The notes under the pieces: generated by a model
What the model was told of the DNA's origin: nothing
The model's database searches: none
What the model saw: the letters and a program-made list of their open reading frames with translations, nothing else
Position numbers and translations under genes: made by a program
Shown: piece by piece, positions 26,041-32,961 of the stretch
Layout: each line of letters starts with the position of its first letter
Numbering within the stretch: position 1 is the stretch's first letter
Sequence record: SRR31156797_9239
DNA length: 32,961 nucleotides
Direction: 5' to 3' (one strand)

Positions 26041-27378
26041 CTATTTTAATTCTATCGAATCAACAAAGGTACCAAATTTATCACGCCCCTTCTTTTTGGC
26101 ACCGTACATGGCAGCATCTGCCCGACTGATAAGAGAAACACTATCCTTGCCATCCGTGGGATAAAAACTGATCCCGATAGTCGCTCCCACATGAATCTCC
26201 TGCCCTTGAAGAGACAAAGGCTTGTCCATCTCTTCCAGAAGACTGCGGGTCACAGCAATTGCACTCTCTTCGTCAACAATACCTGCGAGCAGCACGCCAA
26301 ACTCATCTCCACCCAACCGGGCTAAAGTGTCCGACTCCCGGATTCTCCTTTCAAGTCGCTGTGCAACCATGCGCAACAACTCGTCTCCCATTTGATGCCC
26401 AAACGTATCGTTAACCTTTTTGAACTCATTCAAATCGATAAATAATACAGCTACAATCTGCTCATACCGTTTAGCTATAGCTAACGCGTGTTCCAACCTA
26501 TCAAAAAATTTATGTCGATTGGCGATACCGGTCAAACTGTCCACAGTTGCTAAATGTTTTAACTCAAGTTCAGTCGTCTTCTTGTCTGTGATATCCTCAA
26601 GAACACCTTCAACAAAATCATCCCAGTCATCCGAAGAAACAATACGAGAACTCTCGGAGCACCAGATAATCTCACCATTCTTTTTACGAACCTGATACTC
26701 AAAGCCGGACACAACGCCCTTTTTTTTAAGAGAGGCTGTATACGCTTCCCGCTCATCAGGATCAGCCATCATATCCATATGTAAACGAGGTGTGCCTATA
26801 ACTTCCTGAGCGTCTTCGTATCCAAGAATGCGGACCATGGCGGGGTTGACTTCCAAATACTCACCATCCGGTGTGCATTGAAAAATCCCTTCCACCACAC
26901 GTTCAAAAATCAAGCGATATTTTTCCTCTGCCTGACGCAAAGCCACTTCGGTTTTTCGGTGAAGTTCAACCGTTTCTTCAAGCTGAACTTTCTGCTCATG
27001 CATTTTCAGAAAAGCCTGCACCTTACTCGTAAGAATCTGAACATCAACGGGTCGAAACAGGTAATCTACCGCCCCGGTTTCATATCCTTGACGCACGTTC
27101 TCCTCATCTTGGAATATGGCCGTAATGAAAATGATGGGAACATGGCGCCCTCGTTCATAATCCTTAATTCTGGCAGCAGCCTCGTACCCATTCATGCCGG
27201 GCATTTGGATATCAAGCAAAATCAAAGCAAAATCATAAGACTTAACCAGTGACACTGCTTCCATGCCACTTTCAGCCTTGACCACTTCACATCCGATATC
27301 CCGCAGCATATGCTCCAACAAAGCAAGGTTGGTCGGAGAATCATCGACGATAAGGACTTTCTGCAAAATATCACTCAT
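26041..27378 (-). CDS. REC-PAS-GGDEF response-regulator diguanylate cyclase
   Basis: IVDD, LLDIQMP receiver, central PAS/PAC, DSLTGIANR, RESD I-site and intact GGDEF. Confidence 0.95.
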   Translation of the reverse strand: MSDILQKVLIVDDSPTNLALLEHMLRDIGCEVVKAESGMEAVSLVKSYDFALILLDIQMPGMNGYEAAARIKDYERGRHVPIIFITAIFQDEENVRQGYETGAVDYLFRPVDVQILTSKVQAFLKMHEQKVQLEETVELHRKTEVALRQAEEKYRLIFERVVEGIFQCTPDGEYLEVNPAMVRILGYEDAQEVIGTPRLHMDMMADPDEREAYTASLKKKGVVSGFEYQVRKKNGEIIWCSESSRIVSSDDWDDFVEGVLEDITDKKTTELELKHLATVDSLTGIANRHKFFDRLEHALAIAKRYEQIVAVLFIDLNEFKKVNDTFGHQMGDELLRMVAQRLERRIRESDTLARLGGDEFGVLLAGIVDEESAIAVTRSLLEEMDKPLSLQGQEIHVGATIGISFYPTDGKDSVSLISRADAAMYGAKKKGRDKFGTFVDSIELK

Positions 27379-27386
27379 ACGACATC

Positions 27387-28097
27387 CTATGCCTTTTCTC
27401 CGTAATCAACATTAATTCTCTGCAACCGAGCGCATCCCTCACGGACAACTTCGGCCTTGAGCACAAAACTAAATCTGTTCAAATCCATGCACAAATCAAA
27501 GTCCGACTCCGGTGCATCAGGCCGGTCATCGTCAAAAAATTTCTGTGCGCTGTCGACTCCAGCCAAAAAAGATTTAAGTGTCTTGAAGCTATTGGGATAA
27601 TCTTCCAACTCATTTTTAATGTACATTGCGCACATCATGTCTTCCTGAGCCCTCATGGTGCCGCCAGTACCCATGGCAACGAGCGTAACAATCTCCGGTT
27701 CGCAACGACGAATATATCCCACGACTGCGGCGGCATTGACAAAAGAGCCGATAATGACCTCGTCTCCTTTTTCGCAGGCAGCAACAACACCCCGCGTTCC
27801 TGCATTGGTCGAATGAACAAATGTTTCTGATGAAAGATCCATGTTTTCAAAAAGGGTTGGAGAGTTCCCGTAGTCAAAATCCGTGACAGGCACTCCTCGC
27901 TGCTCACCGACGATCTTAGCTCCTTGAGTTGCAGCGATTTCACGAGCCAACTCAAGACCGTCGGCCATAAAATATTCCTGAACACCGTTGTTCACCACAA
28001 AACACCCAACCGTACTTGATCGAAAAACATCGATAACGACGATCAGACCTTTGGCTCTCCGCATTCCACCTAGACATTCGACAACATTCACTATCAT
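27387..28097 (-). CDS. comB: 2-phosphosulfolactate phosphatase (ComB) family protein
   Basis: VVIDVFRSST, GEQRG, FDYGNSP, STNAGT and EDMMCA. Confidence 0.85.
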   Translation of the reverse strand: MIVNVVECLGGMRRAKGLIVVIDVFRSSTVGCFVVNNGVQEYFMADGLELAREIAATQGAKIVGEQRGVPVTDFDYGNSPTLFENMDLSSETFVHSTNAGTRGVVAACEKGDEVIIGSFVNAAAVVGYIRRCEPEIVTLVAMGTGGTMRAQEDMMCAMYIKNELEDYPNSFKTLKSFLAGVDSAQKFFDDDRPDAPESDFDLCMDLNRFSFVLKAEVVREGCARLQRINVDYGEKA

Positions 28098-28238
28098 TCT
28101 TTATACCTGCCGTAATTCTATAATCAGGGACGCTTTTTTTCACACGCCCATCGATGTCACGTCAACTGTTTGCACAATTTAATTTATTTACGCACAAAAT
28201 CGATACCAAGTATACTCCTCACGAAAAACGTGGTCCCA

Positions 28239-28267
28239 TTGACGAAATAAGCTTGTCATTGTAACCC
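28239..28267 (+). promoter_or_regulatory. Putative sigma70 promoter of uxs (leaderless geometry)
   Basis: TTGACG-N17-TAACCC, then 7 nt to ATG 28275; no SD. Confidence 0.5.
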
Positions 28268-28274
28268 ACTGATC

Positions 28275-29225
28275 ATGAAGAAAAAACGTGTACTTGTCAC
28301 TGGCGGCTCTGGATTTCTCGGTTCACATATCTGTGAACGCCTGCTCGAAATGGGCCATGAAGTCCTTTGTCTGGACAACTTTTTTACAGGGGATAAAGCT
28401 AATATCCTGCACCTGATCAACAATCCTTATTTTGAGATCATTCGGCATGATGTCACCTTCCCTTTGTATGTAGAAGTCGACGAAATATTCAATCTCGCCT
28501 GCCCGGCATCACCTATCCACTATCAATTCGACCCAGTACAAACCACCAAGACAAGTGTACATGGTGCCATCAATATGCTTGGACTGGCAAAAAGGATCAA
28601 AGCCAAAATTTTTCAAGCATCTACAAGTGAAGTATATGGCGACCCTCAAATCCATCCACAACCGGAAAGCTACTGGGGCAATGTTAATCCTCACGGTATC
28701 CGCTCCTGCTATGATGAAGGTAAGCGCTGTGCCGAAACACTCTTCTTCGACTACAACCGTCAACACGGCCTTCGGATCAAGGTTGGACGTATATTCAACA
28801 CCTATGGTCCCCGCATGGCAATGAACGATGGACGAGTTGTTTCCAACTTTGTTGTCCAAGCCCTACGCGGTGAAGATATCACAGTGTATGGCGATGGAGG
28901 ACAAACTCGTAGCTTCTGCTATGTTGATGATCTGGTAAGCGGTATAATTCGTTTCATGGAGGAAACCCCGGACGAATTCACCGGCCCCATGAACTTGGGC
29001 AACCCCGATGAATTCACCATTCTGGAGCTCGCAGAAACAGTCATTGAAATGGCTGGTTCTAAATCCAAAATCGTATTCAAGCCTCTCCCCGCAGACGACC
29101 CCATGCAGCGACGTCCTGACATCAGCCTTGCCAAAAAAGCCATTGATTGGGAACCAAAAATCAAGCTCAGAACCGGCTTGGTAAAGACCATAGAATATTT
29201 CGACAACCATCTGAAGTCGTTATAA
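28275..29225 (+). CDS. uxs: UDP-glucuronic acid decarboxylase (UDP-xylose synthase), extended SDR
   Basis: [43 protein letters not shown] and QTRSFCYV. Confidence 0.93.
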   Translation: MKKKRVLVTGGSGFLGSHICERLLEMGHEVLCLDNFFTGDKANILHLINNPYFEIIRHDVTFPLYVEVDEIFNLACPASPIHYQFDPVQTTKTSVHGAINMLGLAKRIKAKIFQASTSEVYGDPQIHPQPESYWGNVNPHGIRSCYDEGKRCAETLFFDYNRQHGLRIKVGRIFNTYGPRMAMNDGRVVSNFVVQALRGEDITVYGDGGQTRSFCYVDDLVSGIIRFMEETPDEFTGPMNLGNPDEFTILELAETVIEMAGSKSKIVFKPLPADDPMQRRPDISLAKKAIDWEPKIKLRTGLVKTIEYFDNHLKSL

Positions 29226-29228
29226 GAA

Positions 29229-29270
29229 GAACAAAAAAGGCCAGGGCATATGCCCCGGCCTTTTTTGTTC
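29229..29270. terminator. Bidirectional intrinsic terminator
   Basis: GAACAAAAAAGGCCAGGGCATATGCCCCGGCCTTTTTTGTTC: near-perfect palindrome with A and T tails between convergent genes. Confidence 0.9.
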
Positions 29271-29283
29271 TCTCAATCTGCTT

Positions 29284-30417
29284 TTATTTCCCAACAAGAC
29301 GATTCTCAATCATCTCTATAAATGGCTCCAACCCGGACACAACCTTTTCAGGCCATTCCAACGGACCGGGACGTTCTTCATCAGACGCCCGTAAAACAAG
29401 CTCTGCCATAGCCGAGACATCCGCAGGATCAGAAAATATCCACCTCTCCGGCAAAAAGTACGCACTCCCGTTCAAACGACTGGACAACGACTTGCACCCA
29501 CAAGCCATGGCTTCAAGCACGGCGTTCGAGCAGGCATCATAAAATGTTGCCAAAATAAAAATGTCAGCAGCTCGATAAAAAGCAGGCATGTCGTCCACAC
29601 GCCCTAAAAAATGCACCCTATGTTCAACACCAAGCTCTCTGGCCTGACGTATGTATTTGTCGGGGTTTCTGCCCCCGGCGACGTGCAATACAAAATTATC
29701 AGGAAGCTTTGTAAGCATAGAAACAAGATGACGAACGCCCTTGAGAGCAAAGTTGGTGGCTGCCGTAGCAATAACCACCTGATCATCATTGATTCCACAA
29801 GCTGACCGCAGTCGCAAACGCTCCTGCTCTCCCAACGGTGAAAACCGGGAAAGATCCGGCCGATTATAAACAACATCAATATCTGCTGCGTTCAAATGAG
29901 GGTGCGCTTCGACAATCCAATCCCGCACCAAGTGAGAGACGGCAACAATACACGGTGTCCGCCGCATACGCACCTTATCAAGAAAATGGATAGCCCAGTT
30001 CGCAGGAGAACATCTTCGGCGCAACATTTTGAAAGATCGGGCAAAACCTTTGGGCCACGCTTGTTTGGACAGTTCCCAAAACTTGGATTGCGGCCCTCCG
30101 CCGATACGCAGTATGTCCTGACGGACAGTCTTCCCCATACCGAACACAAGATCGTAATCGCCCCTTTTCAGGGCTTTATCGGAAGCATAAGCAAACCACA
30201 GCACCTTAACGAATCGAAACACGCCGAATCGTCCCAAGACAACAGGAGTCACTCCTTCAGGCGGTTCTCCATCACATCGTGCACAAATAAAATCCACGTT
30301 ATGCCCACGTTGAGCCAAGGCCTCACTCAAACGCCAGGCAAAGGCCTCTGCCCCACCATAACGACTCAATTTAGGCATGGTCATAGCCAATCGTGCTTTT
30401 TTTGAAATATCTGTCAT
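29284..30417 (-). CDS. GT4 glycosyltransferase (WaaG/RfaG-like, LPS core)
   Basis: YGGAE, NFALKG and YRAADIFILATFYDACSNAVLEAMACG. Start reassigned to ATG 30417. Confidence 0.88.
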   Translation of the reverse strand: MTDISKKARLAMTMPKLSRYGGAEAFAWRLSEALAQRGHNVDFICARCDGEPPEGVTPVVLGRFGVFRFVKVLWFAYASDKALKRGDYDLVFGMGKTVRQDILRIGGGPQSKFWELSKQAWPKGFARSFKMLRRRCSPANWAIHFLDKVRMRRTPCIVAVSHLVRDWIVEAHPHLNAADIDVVYNRPDLSRFSPLGEQERLRLRSACGINDDQVVIATAATNFALKGVRHLVSMLTKLPDNFVLHVAGGRNPDKYIRQARELGVEHRVHFLGRVDDMPAFYRAADIFILATFYDACSNAVLEAMACGCKSLSSRLNGSAYFLPERWIFSDPADVSAMAELVLRASDEERPGPLEWPEKVVSGLEPFIEMIENRLVGK

Positions 30418-30513
30418 TATTTTTTTTGTCCGATTTTCGCTGGTTTGACAACCGGCACGATTGCCCCGTGGGACAAAGCAGGCTATGAATTCAAAAAACA
30501 CAACGGGAGCATC

Positions 30514-31110
30514 ATGTTTTTTTCCACTTTACCCATTGACCTTAATCTTTTTCTTCTCATCAACCAGCAGTGGCGACTGGATATTCTTGACATAATCATG
30601 CCTGTTCTTTCTTCCATGCCGGTACTGCTGATAGCTTTGGGACTCTCGCTTGCCTGGGCCATTTTCAAAGGCGGCAGGAAACAGATCATATACTTTCTCA
30701 TTCTATTCGCAGGAATGGGACTCGCTGACTTCTCAACAAAAATTATCAAAGATGAAGTCGGCAGAGTCCGTCCTCTCAATGCCGTAGCAGAAACCTTTTT
30801 TGTCGAAGATGGGAGATGGCAGACCCGGCCATCCGGCTTTGTCCAAACCAAGGAACGCGGGACCTCATACGCATCAGCTCATTGTGCCAACACCATGAGT
30901 CTCGCACTGCTCTCCATGCTTCTGTGGCCCGCACTCAAAAAATGGCCGTTGTTTCTCCCGTTCGCCGTAGGATATTCCCGCGTCTATCTCGGTAAACATT
31001 ACCCCACAGATGTTCTGGCCGGATGGCTTACAGGCATCGTCGTTGCAGGGATTGTCTGGCTTCTTTGGAAGGAACTGGAGCGACGATACATGCCGCCCGA
31101 TCAGATCTAA
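30514..31110 (+). CDS. PAP2-family membrane phosphatase (undecaprenyl-PP or lipid A phosphatase-like)
   Basis: KDEVGRVRP, SYASAH (variant of PSGH) and SRVYLGKHYPTDV. Start ATG 30514 with GGGAG SD. Confidence 0.9.
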   Translation: MFFSTLPIDLNLFLLINQQWRLDILDIIMPVLSSMPVLLIALGLSLAWAIFKGGRKQIIYFLILFAGMGLADFSTKIIKDEVGRVRPLNAVAETFFVEDGRWQTRPSGFVQTKERGTSYASAHCANTMSLALLSMLLWPALKKWPLFLPFAVGYSRVYLGKHYPTDVLAGWLTGIVVAGIVWLLWKELERRYMPPDQI

Positions 31111-31823
31111 TCTTCCGACTCAACCAAAGACTTCGCTTCTTTTCTGTATCGGCTGTAGACACGGATTCCCAACCACCCGGACACGGCAAAAAGCACAACA
31201 CTCATCCCCACGGACAAAGCCACGCCCATAGTGGACTCTCTGTTCATGCCCGATCCAAACAAGGCAAAGATAAAATTCTGTGGAATATATCCCAATGTAG
31301 AACCAAGAATAAACGACATCAAGGGAATAGAACTAACCCCGGCTGCAAGATTGGTAATCAAATTACTACCCAATGGAAACAATCGAATTGCCAGCGCAGT
31401 ATTAAACGGCTCATGTTGTAAAAAACTATTCACCTTGCCTATCCGATGCCCCAGTTTGCGTTGCACCAAATCCCGACCACCCATACGTGCATAAATAGCC
31501 GCTATAGCACAGCCCAACCCGGACCCGACTGTGGCAAGCAATGTGCCACTGAAAACTCCAAAGGCAAATCCTCCAAGAAAGCCGACAAGCTGACGAGGAA
31601 GCCCCACCGCCGTAAAAGCTGCGCCAACTCCTAGAAAAATAACGATGGAAAGAGGTCCCTTACCGAGCACGTGATCATTGAACCATTGCGTATTGGAAAG
31701 CATATCTCCCAAACCTACTGCTCGAGAAAGATATACGGCCAGTCCAAGTCCGGCCAACATCACAAGTCCCTTTGCCAGAGACTTAATGCTTTTCATGGTG
31801 GAATTATTCTTTTCTTTGGTCAT
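31107..31823 (-). CDS. DedA superfamily (VTT / TVP38-TMEM64) membrane protein
   Basis: GGFAFG...G, IRLFPLGSNLITNLAAG and FILGSTLGYIP. Start 31823 (an alternative ATG lies slightly downstream). Confidence 0.88.
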   Translation of the reverse strand: MTKEKNNSTMKSIKSLAKGLVMLAGLGLAVYLSRAVGLGDMLSNTQWFNDHVLGKGPLSIVIFLGVGAAFTAVGLPRQLVGFLGGFAFGVFSGTLLATVGSGLGCAIAAIYARMGGRDLVQRKLGHRIGKVNSFLQHEPFNTALAIRLFPLGSNLITNLAAGVSSIPLMSFILGSTLGYIPQNFIFALFGSGMNRESTMGVALSVGMSVVLFAVSGWLGIRVYSRYRKEAKSLVESED

Positions 31824-32070
31824 CGCCTTGCCGTTGTAGCAAATGATAAATAGCCAGCAAACAAAGCTGACCGAGACAGAACAACGGATCACGCTGCACT
31901 ATTCCATAAACGATTCCAGCCATGCAGGATGCCACAAGCATTCCCGCGACTGAACGCGCCAAGGGTTGTACTCCTTTCCGCCACATCCGTAAAATAATGA
32001 TTCGAACAAAAAAAGCCCCCTGCACAAAAACGACAAGGGCCAAGAGCCACCAATAGGCGGGGAGTTGCAT
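31804..32070 (-). CDS. Small three-TM protein resembling the lipid-A-disaccharide synthase N-terminal (LAB_N) domain
   Basis: FFVR and YGIVQRDPLFCLGQ resemble LAB_N motifs; starts 3 nt after the GT2 stop. Confidence 0.65.
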   Translation of the reverse strand: MQLPAYWWLLALVVFVQGAFFVRIIILRMWRKGVQPLARSVAGMLVASCMAGIVYGIVQRDPLFCLGQLCLLAIYHLLQRQGDDQRKE

Positions 32071-32073
32071 AGG

Positions 32074-32796
32074 CTACTTCTTCTCTTTCACCGTAAATTC
32101 GATATGCCGATTGATAAGCCACTTAACGCCTATCAAATCATAAATACCAGCCATGGCACGATCCAGAGTGCCATACTTGGATACTCCGGTAGCTCGTTCC
32201 CGATGATTCACTTTCACTTCCCGAATGCGAACACCCTGCATTTTCATAAGAATGGGGAAATACCGATGCATATTCTTGAATCGAGGCAATTTACGAAGAA
32301 AATCCGCACGCATTACTTTGAGGGAACACCCGGTGTCATGCACACCATCGTCCATAATTCCATCACGAATGGCATTAGCGATCTTCGAAGATATACGCTT
32401 GATAAATGTATCTTTACGCTTGGCACGCCAACCGATGACCATCTCACACTCATCTCCGAACACAGCCAGCATATCGGGAATATCCGCAGGATCATTTTGC
32501 AGATCGGCATCCATGGTGACAACGATATCAGACTGCACAGCGTCGAATCCGGCACAAAAGGCCGCCGACTGCCCTCGGTTCCCAGCAAAGGCCACATACC
32601 TGACTTCATCAAAGTCATCGGCCAATTTCTTTATAATAGAAAGGCTGTTGTCGGTGCTGCAATCATCCACGAATACAGCCTCCCAAGGCCGTCCGGTAGC
32701 ATCAGCCGCCGCCCGAATTTCCGCAAACAAGGATTGCAAGTTGTCCTGTTCATTAAAAACCGGCAGGACTACCGAAAATTTTTCTGTATTGTTCAT
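32074..32796 (-). CDS. GT2 polyprenyl-phosphate glycosyltransferase (DPM1/ArnC-like, no C-terminal TM)
   Basis: SVVLPVFNE, VDDCSTD, NRGQSAA, MDADLQNDP, HDTGCSLK, MHRYFP and HRERATGVSKY. Start reassigned to ATG 32796. Confidence 0.92.
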   Translation of the reverse strand: MNNTEKFSVVLPVFNEQDNLQSLFAEIRAAADATGRPWEAVFVDDCSTDNSLSIIKKLADDFDEVRYVAFAGNRGQSAAFCAGFDAVQSDIVVTMDADLQNDPADIPDMLAVFGDECEMVIGWRAKRKDTFIKRISSKIANAIRDGIMDDGVHDTGCSLKVMRADFLRKLPRFKNMHRYFPILMKMQGVRIREVKVNHRERATGVSKYGTLDRAMAGIYDLIGVKWLINRHIEFTVKEKK

Positions 32797-32913
32797 AGGG
32801 TGATGATGTACGGAATTCGAAGCCGGTTGTAAACTTTTTGCTGGCCATTTCACCACCAACCACCAGCTTTTCTCTTCTTTCCGGTTTTTTTTCGAGGAAT
32901 GAAGAAATAGATG

Positions 32914-32942
32914 TTGACAAAAAGACACCATCCACCTAGAAC
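32914..32942 (+). promoter_or_regulatory. Putative sigma70 promoter pointing out of the window
   Basis: TTGACA-N17-TAGAAC. Confidence 0.6.
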
Positions 32943-32961
32943 CTCTTTCTCACGTGTCGCG

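Noticed and set aside
1-32961. CRISPR arrays, tRNA/rRNA genes, IS elements, prophage genes
   Set aside because: I saw no regularly spaced repeats, cloverleafs, transposase/integrase or phage motifs; almost all sequence is explained by housekeeping CDSs.

Overview
Ordinary chromosomal DNA (roughly 50% GC by eye) from a sulfate-reducing Desulfovibrionaceae-like bacterium. The taxon is inferred from gene content and style (Pseudodesulfovibrio-like) and is not verified. Left to right: the 5' end of a Wolinella-type fumarate reductase operon (frdC, start of frdA); a lipoprotein M16 zinc peptidase; a YbjQ-like gene and a DUF2238-type gene; aroL-ktrB-ktrA-aroC; a degenerate YchF-like ATPase; a mono-cluster ferredoxin; a stand-alone HsdR_N-like protein; a four-gene module of two DUF1538-type membrane proteins, a PII-like protein and a CBS protein, followed by a tiny Cys-rich ORF; a 13-gene complex-I-like operon (nuoABCDHIJK, an L-type antiporter core, a small membrane protein, a D/L hybrid antiporter, nuoMN) that lacks nuoEFG and has four antiporter-like subunits; comB and a REC-PAS-GGDEF gene; and a cell-envelope glycosylation cluster (uxs, GT4, PAP2, DedA/VTT, LAB_N-like, GT2). 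I saw no rRNA, tRNA, CRISPR array or mobile element. The best candidates for poorly characterised systems are the DUF1538/PII/CBS module and the headless four-antiporter complex I. Several genes also look leaderless. All family calls come from recognising motifs by eye; no searches were run.
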